Positions 15,116 through 27,447 of a DNA stretch of 64,000 nt are shown one piece after another; position 1 is the first letter of the stretch; each line of letters begins with the position of its first letter. The translations under genes were made by a program, and so were the position numbers. This DNA is from Eledone cirrhosa. Taxonomy: Eukaryota. Location of the stretch: contig OZ024740.1 in assembly GCA_964016885.1 (NCBI GenBank), positions 224,502,001-224,566,000 of the forward strand, in the 5' to 3' direction. A model generated the notes under the pieces. The model did not search any database and was not told the origin of the DNA. It saw nothing but the letters and a program-made list of their open reading frames with translations.

Positions 15116-15166
15116 AGTTTCAGAAGATCCCGTTAAGGGTGAAAGCAGCGATTCTTTCCTTAAACT
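15116..15166 (+). ncRNA. Hammerhead-like motif, family A (variant core CAGAAGA), in the PLE-1 3' end
   Basis: agttt-CAGAAGA-t.ccc gttaa ggg.t-GAAA-gca...t(g/c)c-TT-aaact. Stem I extends via acagatt/aatctgt. The same core is in copies at 21351 and 58637. Confidence 0.6.
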
Positions 15167-15422
15167 TTAATCTGTTATTTTAATAAATATTTGCTCTACG
15201 GTTCTTATATATTTGATATATATTTATCCTTATCGAGCCCTCTTTGGATTTTAGTCTACTAATTTATTATTATTACTATATATATAGTTTTTGTAGAGTT
15301 GCAGGTAAATGCGTCCGTAGGCGGTATGCTGGTTGAGTACTCGATGCATGTGAGTGTGTACATGTCTCTATATATATGTGTGTGTGTATGTATGTATATA
15401 TATATATATGTGTGTGTGTGTA

Positions 15423-15453
<31 letters not shown>

Positions 15454-15462
15454 TTCTTTATG

Positions 15463-15509
<47 letters not shown>

Positions 15510-15746
15510 GGGGGGGGAGTTGGTGGTGTAAAAATGGTAGTAGTAGTAGTAGTAGTAACCGGAGAACAACTTTGAGTGGTGACAGGTGATGCATGAAAGT
15601 ATAAGGCCTTTTGACCAGCTAATGGATGAACGAAAGTGGACAGAAAGATGGTGATGATGGGATTATCAAACCAATGAAAATGCCGAAATAACAGGATGCT
15701 AATATGTACTACAAATAAAAAACCGGTGAGATGTTTGAACACACAA

Positions 15747-15822
15747 AACATATCTGATGATCCTTCGAATGAAGAGTCGATTCAATCTGTAATAGATCGT
15801 GCCTCGACATATGTAATATGTT
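15747..15822 (+). ncRNA. Degenerate hammerhead remnant in a (TA)n-terminated insert (~15558-15870)
   Basis: Perfect stem I aacatat/atatgtt, CTGATGA, GTA triplet and palindromic acatatgt stem III, but GAAA is not intact. Confidence 0.4.
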
Positions 15823-16904
15823 AATAAATGTGATATGATGCAACACTGATTCCTCGTTCCTTATAATTATTATATATATATATATATATATATATAATCA
15901 TACATATAGTGATATCATCATCATCATCATTAACATCCTCTTTCCCTGCAAACTATGGTTGGGCATGTCTTCACCGATTGAAGCAAGGCCACTGACCACT
16001 ATGAGAGGCTCGTGACTTGCATCTCCCTTACATATGATCCCAGGTTCTACCAATCATATTTTATTATGGCACCAGCACTATAGAGGTTGTTGTATCTTTG
16101 AACAACTGGCAAGCTTTCTACAGCTCTATGACCTTCCTATCACCAACTACTTTACAGTATTTACTGGGTGTTTTATTGTGTAGATCACCAACACTAGGGA
16201 GGTTGTCATATCATTGATATAACTGGAGGGTATTCCCAACCTTTTGTGAGACAAGTCTTATATGGCTGAATTACTAACCAATTTAGAATGTTACTGGGTG
16301 TGTTTATTATGTAGATCACCAATATATACATGTGTGCATGTATATGGCAACATTTTCTAGCAATCCTCACCCTTGCACATTCCATGGACCTTCTTCCAAA
16401 TCCTTGGTAGAACTATACTATCATACATAATATAAACATCCAAAATTAATGAAATGAATAGGTTGTTTGGATCTTCTTATGTTGACATCAGTGAGGGAGT
16501 CCATGAAATATATACATACACACACACATATACATACATACACACACACACGAACATGTATATATTGCTATTGTAATATTAATAATGTTATCATTATCAT
16601 CATCATCAACATTGTGTTAGTTTTATAGTATATCTAAAATTGTATTATCTAAATTGTCCTTCCATTTTTAAGTATATAGTGTGCGATATGTGTCCATTTG
16701 GCTACTTTTTCTACCATGTCAAGTTGCTCCATACAACATCCATCACTGATTTCCCATTGTTATTGTTGTCTTTTGTTGTTATCATACTACTGCTATTACA
16801 TTGTTGTTATTGATGCTTTTGTTGTAATTCAATCTCTTGTCAACCTAGGTTGATCAAATCTATGACCAAAAGCGTACATTTCTGCTCTGACTATCCCATT
16901 ACTC

Positions 16905-17103
16905 TATATTTACTATTGTATTTTTGTGGTAAAAGCTTTATCTCACATAATTATCTCACATAATATCGAATCTGTGAGATTTTGATATAAACTATTTGGG
17001 GAACAATACCTTAAGATTGGTATGAGTGGCCTGTTACAGCTAGTTTGAAAAGAAAGAGGTGAGAGAATTCTGGTCAGATGTGGCCGGTTTAAATTCTAAA
17101 GGG
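16905..17103 (+). mobile_element. Partial copy of the piggyBac-type MITE at 45819
   Basis: Aligns to 45845-46036 and ends taaaggg-tta. Confidence 0.65.
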
Positions 17104-17854
17104 TTAGGAATGGGTAGAATTATTTTAAACAATGCATCATTTCCTTAATTAAAACTGTGAGGGAAATTTGGCAGTAATTTCTTGGTTTTTGAGCTACCAT
17201 GTAAGGGCTAACATATTGGCCCCCATGTTGTTAGGGGAAACAGGGAAACAGAATGAAGTGTGTCTTTCAATGAATTACAAAAATAAAGCCAAAACAGTCC
17301 TACAAATCAATGTGTTTCAACTGAAAAGGAAGTGTTCAATAACTTAGCTAAGTAGGGGAAAGTAAAAACATATACTTTGAATGATAATCCTATGAAGAGA
17401 AAGCATAGACTGAGGGGTAACATTTCCAGCCACTGAGAGAAATGTGACTGCATGTAAGTAGCCTAAGATACAGGCAGTAGAAAGAAGAAGAATAGGTTGA
17501 CGTGGAAGGAAGAGAATGTGAAAGATTGAGAGAGATGGAGTTAGTGTGTATCAACCTGTTATGCATGTTCGACAAGTGGATCTATGTGGGAGTCAGGTCC
17601 ACAGCTTCCATAGGAGTCATAGGGCCAATCATCTGTGAGATGCATGCAACACGTCGATACTCAATAAAAACATAAGCAGGTAAATTAGACATCATCATTT
17701 TTTTTCATTATATATATATATAAATGTAATCTGAGTTTTTCTAATATTAATAATAACATTCGATTCGTTTGCATTTATGCAAACAAACCTCAATTTTATA
17801 GCCATGTCAGTAGAATGAACACTTCAGTCTTGCTCTTGTGTTGGCATGTAAACA

Positions 17855-17904
17855 GAATTGCAGACACTAATGTTTCTGGGTATCACCCTTCATCAGTACA
17901 GCTC
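17855..17904 (-). ncRNA. Type I hammerhead ribozyme, family B (left arm)
   Basis: Reverse complement: gagctgta-CTGATGA-a.gggt gat accc.a-GAAA-ca ttag t-GTC-tgcaattc. Confidence 0.85.
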
Positions 17905-18069
17905 ACTGTTCACCCGCCAAACTGTCAGAGATAGTAAAAATATATGGTATTTTCAAAAATACACAGTGACTGATTGGCCTGATTTGCATATTAGCAGACT
18001 GGCCGATCAGTCACATCTGCATATTAGCATATATTTTCACTAGCTCTGACAGTTTGGCAGGTGAACAGT

Positions 18070-18119
18070 GAGCTGTACTGATGAAAGGTGATACCCAGAA
18101 ACATTAGTGTCTGCAGTTC
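18070..18119 (+). ncRNA. Type I hammerhead ribozyme, family B (right arm); predicted cleavage after C18111
   Basis: gagctgta-CTGATGA-aaggtgataccca-GAAA-cattagt-GTC-tgcagttc; 8-bp stem I and GUC triplet. Confidence 0.85.
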
Positions 18120-18283
18120 TGTTCGCATGCCAACACAAGAGCAAGAATGGAGTGTTCATTCTACTGACATGGCTATAAAATTGAGGCTTGTTTGCATAAT
18201 TGCAAACAAATCGAATGTTATTATTGATATTCGAAAAACTCAGATTACATTTATTGTATTCAGCCATGTAGAGCGAAATTTTC

Positions 18284-18336
<53 letters not shown>

Positions 18337-18339
<3 letters not shown>

Positions 18340-19706
18340 GTATATATAGTAGAATAATCGAGTATCGAAAAATCGGCGCACGAGTTCACGATAAACAAAA
18401 TTCGAGATGAGCGGCAGAGGGCTCCATAATTCAAATAAATCAGAGCTATAACTATCGTTAAAATACCGTCACACGTAGAATATGTCTACAATCAACCAAA
18501 CAACCGAAAAATTGCGATATGGAAGATTCGGGACACTCAGATAAATTATCAATAAATCAATAAATCAAATGAATGTAAAAAGCATACCCGGACCCACTAG
18601 AGAGATGGTATATCTAGCTTCTTGGGTTTCTGTAAATCCTTAAACCGTCCTCTATCAGCTCACATAAAAATATAAGACTTACAGACAACGGGGGACTGGA
18701 GTTACTTCTTCAACGAGCTTTAGTCCGAACGGATGAAAATAAAATTAAGTATGTGTCTGTGTGTCTGTGTATTACCTATAGGGGCCTACATCTTACAACC
18801 GATTTTCATGAAACTTTACAGGCTCATAGATTAGTCATCGGGGAGTGTTTTCCATATATCAGCCTATCGTGTTTCTATTCCGGGGTCATTCTGCCGATAA
18901 AAATCGATAGGGGGGGGGTCACCTTTGTTTAGGTATCGAAAAATAAGAATTTTGGCTCTAGCTGCCACCGATTTCGTTCATATTTTAAAGCAAAATAGAA
19001 GTTATCATTGCACATCCTGTCATGGCTTTATATTTTGCATTTGTTGTTCAGGGATGGCGTTGCAGCCGATTAAATATTTAAAAAATACCAAATTTGGACT
19101 CAAATTTCCACTTTTTCGGCTCTAGATCCCACATTAATCAACCTACTTTGTTCAAATTTTACACGTCTTAACCTGGCTTTACATTTTGGATTTTTTGTTC
19201 AGGAACGTCGTGGCAGTCGCTTAAATATTTGAAAATACCACCTTTTTGCTCAAATTTCTGCCTTTTCGGCTCTTGCTCCCACATTTTTCAACTGATTTCG
19301 TTCAAATTCGAAACTTCGGCTCCACCTCACACAGAAATCAATTTATTTGCTTCAACTTTTATACTACGATAGAACCTATCATTGCATATCTTATAGAGGG
19401 TCAAAGGCAAAACAATGGCCACTGACTTCGTCTGAGCCTTTAGTTGTGTATTTGAGAATTCATCGGTTTCCAATCAAGTAACGTGAGGAAATTTGTCTTA
19501 GTGTTAGAGGTCATTACTCCCTCCCCCAGCATGCCCCTTCGTCAGTCACCCGCGTTTCTCAGTGATAGAGGTCATCACCACCCTCCCCCGCATGGCCTGT
19601 GTGTGGCCATAGATGAGTCATCGAGAAGCCTTCGCTAAGATCAACACCTTTTCATCAAAGCAGATATTATTTTACCTACCCAGGCAACGCTGGGTACTGC
19701 TGCTAA
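18337..19706 (+). mobile_element. Non-autonomous Helitron, with a PLE-type insert (18350-18735) apparently inside its 5' TA-rich terminus
   Basis: 3' subterminal hairpin tacccag-gcaacg-ctgggta (19677-19696) followed by CTAA|T. The 5' region is tctgtatatata...aaaataaaattaagtatgtgtctgtgtgtctgt. Repeated accgattt(t)c...aaa(c/t)ttt motifs are typical of Helitron bodies. The 5' boundary is inferred. Confidence 0.7.
18586..18718 (-). ncRNA. Hammerhead motif, family C, with long stem II
   Basis: Reverse complement: gctcg-TTGAAGA-a.gtaactcc...ggatttac.a-GAAA-ccca..ctaga..tctag.tgg-GTC-cgggt. Position C3 is T. Confidence 0.6.
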
Positions 19707-19869
19707 TATATATCTATATATATATATATATATAGATAAATAGATATAAATAGAATTACATATATATATATATAAATATAATTACATATACATCATCATC
19801 ATCGTTTAACATCCATCTTCCACACTAGCATGGGTTAGACAGTTTTGTTCCATTTAATGCTGGAATGTG

Positions 19870-19950
<81 letters not shown>

Positions 19951-20772
19951 TGGGCTTTGTATAGTTTTTATTTACCAAATTCCAACACAAGGCATTAGTC
20001 AGACTGAGGCTAATGTAGGTGACACTAGACTGGTGAGATAAAATTGAAAACCACATAGTTATAAAGCAAACTTTCTGATCACACAGCCAAGCATGCACTT
20101 GTCATGTTTCACACAGCTGATTGTGCCCTTCCTATTGCAAAACACTAACTTCATACGTTATATAAGAAATCAATATTTACATCACAAGCACCTCAAAATT
20201 CTGAGTTCAAATCCAGCTGACTTTAATTTTTATTCCTGTTTTTTGTTTAATTTATTTATTTCCTTCAGTTCTTTTGAAATCAATAACATAAGAACAATAA
20301 TACTATTTTAGGATCAATCCAATCAAGTGTAACCCTCATTTACAAAAAGTTGGCTTGAAACCAAAGTTACATAAATCAATATATTTTGACAGCCACACTT
20401 TCGCAATTGCCTGGGAGATTTCGAAGGAGCTCTCTGCTTAGCCATTAGTAATATTGCAACACTCAACAGTATCAGGTTAGAATAGATCAACAGCTTCTGG
20501 TAAAATGCAATCTGTATGATCAACATCTACAGCTTCAGGAAGCTACGTTGTATATATAATTTCAACATTGCACAGCAAAAAGCTGAACTTGTGTTAGCTA
20601 ATATTTCCAGATTGTCAACAGTTCCAATTTATTTAAAACATATCTACATTTCCATCTATCTCTCAATCGGTAGTGGCTGGCTTTAACATTACTTGTATGA
20701 ATGGCTTCTATTACTGACCTCCTGGTAGCCACACCATTATTTGTGTATTTGTCTGTATGTATCAATATATAT

Positions 20773-20805
<33 letters not shown>

Positions 20806-20812
20806 TAAATAC

Positions 20813-20900
<88 letters not shown>

Positions 20901-21169
20901 GTGTGTGTGTGTGTGTGTATACGCACATATATATTTACATATATATAAATGTATATATATATATATATGTATATCAGTATATATAATCACAGAACAAGTG
21001 AGACATTATATGAACTAAAGTGAATTTAATCAAGATAATTCTACACTGCTTCAAAAAGAGTTTCCAACTATTGACTTTCACAGCATCAAATATCAATGAA
21101 CTTAGCCTGTTACAGTATGATTACCACATTAATCTTATTATATATATATATGTATATATGTGTATATAT

Positions 21170-21240
<71 letters not shown>

Positions 21241-21242
<2 letters not shown>

Positions 21243-22183
21243 ATAATAATAAATTTGAAGACTAAAATCCAAAGAGGGCTCGATAAGGATAACATTTATA
21301 TCAAATATATAAGAACCGTAGAGCAAATATTTATTAAAGTAACATATTAAAGTTTAAGCAAAGAATCGCTGCTTTCACTCTTAACGGGATCTTCTGAAAC
21401 AAAAAAAAAATCAATCTGTGAATGCAGAAGTAAATATTTCGAAAAAAATTGCAACCGAAGGAAGACAGGAAGACGATACTTTGGTTCGTGGAAACGTTCC
21501 TTGGCAAAGAACGGGAAAAAAACGAAGATAATACGTCATTATTTGAACGGTGAAAACAATTACACGCAAAGACAAAACCACGTTTATGCTATAAATGAAG
21601 TCGTAGAATAATATTCTATTAGGTGGTTAGTTGAGACGTACTCTGGCAATGAACGAAAAAAACGAAGATAATACGTCCTTATGTGGAGCATTCAGAACAA
21701 TTACACGCAAAGACAAAATCACGTTTATGGTATAACTGAAGTAGACTAAAATTCTATTTAGGAAACCGAATGATTCTCGGCTTCAGAGTTAAGAATAATA
21801 TAATTAAATTACAGAGGTAATTGAAATCAACAAAGATTAAATATATACATGCACACATCCATACATGTACATACACATGTATACGCGAAAATACCCGCCA
21901 TGGGTGTGAAAATGCAAGCACGTACACAAAACAAACTTGCACGCACATTCAGAACCCACGCAATGCCTGTACCCGCACACATACGAACGTATACACAAAA
22001 TACACATAAAAATATATATAAAATATATATATATATGTGTGTGTGTGTGTCTGTGCGTGTATACATATAATTATATAAACGTATATAAATATACACACAT
22101 AAATATGAATACAACGCACGCACACACATAGCTACATGCAAATACACAAATGTTCGCTAAACGTACGTCAACCAAAACACACG
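21241..22183 (-). mobile_element. Second copy of the PLE-1 3' UTR/terminal region (non-coding, uninterrupted)
   Basis: Reverse complement aligns with 12800-13516 joined directly to 15070-15280; its 3' end abuts (TA)n. Confidence 0.92.
21351..21400 (-). ncRNA. Hammerhead-like motif, family A copy
   Basis: Reverse complement: gttt-CAGAAGA-tcccgttaagagt-GAAA-gca gcgattctt tgc-TT-aaact. Confidence 0.6.
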
Positions 22184-22293
22184 ACTGGACACTCGGCAGG
22201 ACAAAAAAAAACCCTGACAAAGGGCGGAAGAACTCATAATAATCCACGGCCATCCAAAAGGGTGTAAATATGTATATACACATGGTGTGGTTA

Positions 22294-22597
22294 AACAGCT
22301 GGGAGTGAAGGACCTCTAACCTTAGTCAGGGCATTCTTCTAGAAGGCAACTCAGGAAACTGGGATAACCCCGATATAAAACCTGCGGTTCAGTAGTTACC
22401 GATGATGTTGATGTTTTCTTCTTTTCGAGTTGTAGCTACTGTCGCTCAGAGAGTGGGATTGGCTCAGTGCACAGTCTTTCCTCACTTTAAAAAATATCTT
22501 CACGCACAGGCATTGCTCGATAGAATTAATTAATAATTATTAATAATGCTATATCGTTCAATGGCCATATTCGATAACGAGGGGGCAGCCATCATCA
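22294..22597 (+). mobile_element. Unclassified ~300-bp interspersed retroposon-like repeat ending gcagccatcat
   Basis: Clearly homologous (diverged) to the reverse complement of 23001-23310, e.g. ctgggagtgaa, aaacctgcg, gtgggattgg, cactttaaaaaa, gcattgct, gcagccatca. Confidence 0.6.
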
Positions 22598-22857
22598 TGT
22601 ATGTATGTAAATATATATGCACATATATTTATGTATATATATATATATATATATGTATATACATATGTCTATATATATATATATATACATATATGTATAT
22701 ATATCTATATATATATATATGTATATTTATGTATGTATATATGTATATCTATATATGTATATATATATGTATATATATGTATATGATGGCTGCCCCCTCG
22801 TTATCGAGTATATATATATATACATATATATATATGTATATATATATATATATGTAC

Positions 22858-22889
<32 letters not shown>

Positions 22890-22924
22890 GCATATATGTC
22901 TATATGTCTATATATGTGTATATA

Positions 22925-23000
<76 letters not shown>

Positions 23001-23007
<7 letters not shown>

Positions 23008-23310
23008 TGCAATCTCTGCTAAGAGTACTGCAATGGCTCGTCAGATTATAGAGTTTGGTGCACTTTTAGGCTATGGCCAGTTACACAAACATATAACATA
23101 TCCTGAACAAGCAATGCTTGTGCTTTGAAGGGTTTTTTTAAAGTGGGGAAAGGCCTTGCTCTCGACCAATCCCACTTTCTGAGAATCGAAAACACTACCT
23201 GAAAAGGAGAACTGGTCAACATGATTGGATGCTTCGCAGGTTTTTTTCAGAGTTTCCTTCTCCTAGAAAAGTGTTGTTTCAACTACTAGGGCCTTTCACT
23301 CCCAGATGTA
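23001..23310 (-). mobile_element. Diverged relative of the 22294 repeat, tail-to-tail across a TA-rich tract
   Basis: See 22294-22597. Confidence 0.6.
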
Positions 23311-23486
23311 AAAAAAAAAGGTATTATATACATACACATACGTTGAAACATTCATTTATCTTCATTCCCAAGTATGAATCTAATAAGACTTTGTGTTCTT
23401 GTGTCTCTGTGTTCACCTTGTTATTCTTGAACTATATGCATGCTTGATGAGAATGGCCACTTTTGGATAATCTGGTGGAATAAGAA

Positions 23487-23669
23487 ATAATTGTTTCTAC
23501 ATTTGGCACAAGGCCAGTATAATCCCAGTGTATTACTGGTACTTTATTTTATCGACCCCGTAAGGATGAAAGGCAAAGTTAACCTCAGCGCGATTTGAAC
23601 TCAGAATGGCAAGGGCCGTAACTCTATGCGTCAAAGCATGGCGTCCGACCCTCTCCCGATACTGCCAAT
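23487..23669 (-). mobile_element. Full-length copy of the 4468 SINE family
   Basis: Aligns over its whole length, with A and B boxes on the minus strand. Confidence 0.85.
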
Positions 23670-23929
23670 CCATGACTTCTGTAGAATAAGAAATAATCTT
23701 GTCGAAAAGTTTAGGAATTCATGCTTGTGCAGAGCCCAAGAAAACAAAAATTAGTGAAGTACTCTTGAATAAAAAGGTAGTTTCCAGCACACTGGTTCAT
23801 CAACAGCGTCCTACTGCCAAATATACCAGTCATCTATGACCACCTTTTCACTCACTGAACTTATGTTCTTCACAGTGAAGAATATGTGTTGGGAAATATG
23901 CATTACCATCACCACTATAATACTTCCTA

Positions 23930-24480
23930 GCATGTGTATCCCCTCTTGTAATAGTATAATGGCCTTAGTTGTTGCTGGATTGTTGAAATCAGAGTCCTTC
24001 AGTGTAGAAACAGGAGTTAGAAAAGTTTGTGTGCAGGCTCCAGTGCTGTTTAATATGTTTCTCATCTGGGTGATCCCATTGTTACAGAGAAAGATAGAAA
24101 GGCAGGCTACCACTAAGCTCCGATCTGAAGAGCTCATTGCAACACAGTATCATGATGACTGCACTCTGTTAGGTCAAACAACAGAGCCCCTACAAGTCAC
24201 TAACTCAGTATCATTAACATCAAATAAAAGGATGAGCCTGACTGTTAATGTCCAGAAAACTAAGGTCATTGGCCACTGGCATACCATCTCTGTACACTGC
24301 GCACACACATATATTCTCAGTAGAACAGCAACTGAGCAGACTCTCCCAAATCAAACACCTAGGGTGCATAATTTCCTAAGACTGTGCACTGGATGAGGTC
24401 TCTGAGGCTTTTGGAAGTCTCAAAAAGAGCATCTTTCTAAGCAACCATCTCAATGTTCTTGTTTACTAGGCAGTATATAC
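23930..24480 (+). pseudogene. Old, degenerate RTE-type RT fragment
   Basis: SESFSVETGVRK.CV.APVLFN, QYHDDC (YADD-like), LTVNVQKTKV. Confidence 0.65.
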
Positions 24481-25124
24481 TTTCATGTTTTAGCATCATC
24501 ATCATCGCAATTTGCATTTTAACATCCACTTTCTTTGCTAGCAAGGATTAGACAGGCCTACATACACCAAATCAGTACTGAAGCTGAGCCACTGATATCC
24601 CACACCGGGGATCTGTGTGCGGCTTTATGTACAGTTGACATCCATTGAGTGCACAGTAGAGTTGTCATGATTTTGACACACCTGAGATTCCTCCTGACCC
24701 TTTTGTTTGGCAAGCATTCTATGGCTGGATGCCTTTCCCATCACTAATCATTTTACAGCATGTACTGGGTATGTTTATCATATAGGTCATCAAACACTAG
24801 GGAGACTGTCATGTCCTTGACATAGCCGAAAGGTCCTCCTGACCCCCTGTCTGGTAAACTTTCTATGGCTGGATATATTTGAAACGTGCACATTCCAACA
24901 TAAATGACTATAGAAATAGTTTATCACTATACATAATAGTTAAGATAATTTGGAAAAGTACCTCTGGAGATGGACAAAAATGAGGATAAATCATATATAG
25001 TGATTGGTTATTATTATATTATTATGGTCACTTGTATTGAGATGTACACATTTCAAAATTCAAACTTTCCCAATGCTTCTTAATTCAACCACTTTGTATA
25101 TATATAGGTATGTACATATGTATG

Positions 25125-25181
<57 letters not shown>

Positions 25182-25724
25182 TCGTTTCACATCCATTTTC
25201 GATGCTAGCTTATATATATATATATACATATTTCAAGCTATGCCATCATGGAATAATGGATGTAAAATGATAATTGTGATATATATATATATATATGTGT
25301 GTGTGTGAGTGTGTGTGGGGGGGGGGGGGTATATGTGTATATGTATGTATATATGTTTTTATGTGTATGTAGTAATAATCATACATGCATATATATTTGT
25401 ATATACATTTATTCATATACACATGCATTAACACTCACAAATATAAAGCTACATAATCACACACTTTGATACATTCCCTGAAGTATCTAAGTCCACAAAC
25501 AGTGATTACTTAGTAGCTGTTAACTTAATATATCAGCAATGAAACCTAATGTTATTAGAGATATCTTCAATGTAAATTGTATGTAGTCTTTCTAACCTTC
25601 TGTTCCAATGTGACTAAAGTTTGGGAAAGAAAAGAAATGAGAATGGTGATTGGAGGCTGCATTGGGTGTTGTAGGTAATAACTATACTGATGAGGGGTGG
25701 CAGCTAATCTTTATAATGTTAAAG

Positions 25725-26090
25725 ATGGTGGTGGTGGTGGTGGTGGTGGTGGTGGTGGTGGTGGTGGTGGTGGTGGTGGTGGTGGTGGTGGTGGTGGTGG
25801 TGGTGGTGGTGGTAATGATGATGATGCTGGTGGAGCAGATAATGACAATGGTAGAGATGATAGCAAGAATGTATATAATGAGTAGGAATAGATGCTGATG
25901 ATGAGGATGAGGATGATGGTGATTATGATGATGATGGTGACAAAAGTGTGAAGGAGAAGAAAAAGAAAAAAGTGGGAGGATAGGAGGAGGAGGAGGAGGA
26001 GGAGGAGTGGGAGGAGAAGAAGAAGAAGAAGAAGAAGAAGAAGAAGAAGAAGAAGAAGAAGAAGAAGAAGAAAAAGAAGAAGAAGAAGAA
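25725..26090. repeat. (GGT)n, (GAT)n, (GGA)n and (GAA)n microsatellites
   Basis: Directly visible. Confidence 0.95.
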
Positions 26091-26094
26091 GTGT

Positions 26095-26556
26095 GGTTTC
26101 TAATTCAGGTCCAAGGCCAGCAATTTGGGAGAAGGGGAAACTTAGTTGTTTCAACCGAAGAACTAGACTGTACATTATATTATCGACTATGTAAGATTGA
26201 GGCAAAATTAACCTAAATATTGTTTGACTTCAGAATGTAAAGATTCAAAACAAAAAAAAGCTTCTTATCCAATGCTCTAATAATGCTACCAATACATCAA
26301 GAGGGATAGTATTGGCGAAATTAGTGGTGATCACACTGACAATAATGGTTTCTGATTTCGGCACAAGACCAACAATTTTGGAGGAGAGAAAGTCGATTAA
26401 GTTGACTCCAGTGCATTACTGGTGCTTTATTTTAACGACTCTGTAAGGATAAAAGTTAAAGCTAAATTCAGGGGAATTTGAACTCGGAATGTAAAGGGAT
26501 ATAGCTATATGCCCTAAATCATGCTCTCCGATGCCCTACTGATCCTGCTAATCCAT
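26095..26556 (-). mobile_element. Two diverged copies of the OK/Nin-like SINE (~26095-26295 and ~26345-26556)
   Basis: ggcacaagaccaacaatttt...actggtgctttattttaacgactctgtaaggataaaag...tttgaactc. Confidence 0.65.
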
Positions 26557-27275
26557 CACCCTTATAGCACGATTAAGGATAATTAGAGAATATCATGATG
26601 ATGGCATTGTTTGATACTGTTGTTGAATAACATATATTTGATAGCTAGCTGTAAACCTACTGTGTGTGTACAAGATGAGCATACACAAACTCAATATTAA
26701 GTATTTAGCTCTTTGTTGGTTGGCTGGTTGATTAGTATAACACACATTGTTTTAGTATATGGCAAGTTTCCTATCAGTTAAATAGTCATATAAATATGTA
26801 GAAGTTTCTTGGGAATTCAACCTTTTGTGAATTGTTTATATTTCAGTCAGAACTCAAGTAGAATTGATGAATTTAATGAGAGACTGAGTACTGAATGTTC
26901 CAATTAGTAATTTTCTAGATCTCCTGTGGATTACCAGATAGTGAAATTTGACATATTTTGGCAACATTCTGTATGCAATTTAGTAGAGAGTTAACGTGAT
27001 GCATGTCATGCGTCGCCATTTTCAATTTACTAATGTTCCACTGCTCACTGACTGCACACACATTTCTCATTTAGGTAGAAGTCTTATCTGAAATATTTTA
27101 CAATTAGTTATATCTGTTGGTTATAGTAGATTGGAGATAAAAGAAACCAATTAACAGGTAATAACAAGTTATTTTGAATTGATGTGCACATTGCAGTGGT
27201 TAATAGGAAACAGGCAGAGAAGAGTACAGAGAATGAGTACAGTGAAGACTTTTTGCCATATGGAATAAACAAATT

Positions 27276-27342
27276 TCATCATCATCACCATCATTATCAC
27301 CACTACCATCATCATCATCATCATCATCACCACCACCACTAC

Positions 27343-27405
<63 letters not shown>

Positions 27406-27447
27406 CATCATCATTATTACCACTACCATCATCATCATCACCATCAT
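27276..27447. repeat. (CAT)n/(CAC)n microsatellite; probably the expanded tail of a minus-strand RTE-tailed element
   Basis: Followed by tttacagctgctttttcatgctag, a degenerate RTE tail. Confidence 0.8.

Larger units (their letters stand above)
10990..15283 (+). mobile_element. Penelope-like element PLE-1 (Nematis-like motifs), 5'-truncated and disabled; interrupted by a SINE (11187-11299) and a CRE fragment (13517-15069)
   Basis: RT motifs [41 protein letters not shown]; linker RRIIWYNPPY, KHFP..H.Y..IFNRNTIK, CNC; GIY-YIG remnants (YIGLTANRFKQRL, YIWSLK, CDLC..E, LNKKSE). A long 3' UTR ends in (TA)n at 15283. Confidence 0.9.
17721..18288. mobile_element. (TA)n-flanked head-to-head inverted pair (arms 17721-17946 and 18028-18253) of hammerhead family B
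   Basis: ~226-bp inverted repeat with a few mismatches; nested central hairpin gtgactgattggcc/ggccgatcagtcac; both outer ends join (TA)n. Confidence 0.9.

Noticed and set aside
17721-18253. Long inverted repeats as assembly artefacts or MITE TIRs
   Set aside because: The arms differ by scattered substitutions and are asymmetric in length, and the ribozymes are consistently oriented outward. The perfect palindromes (32161, 58440) still merit a read-level check.
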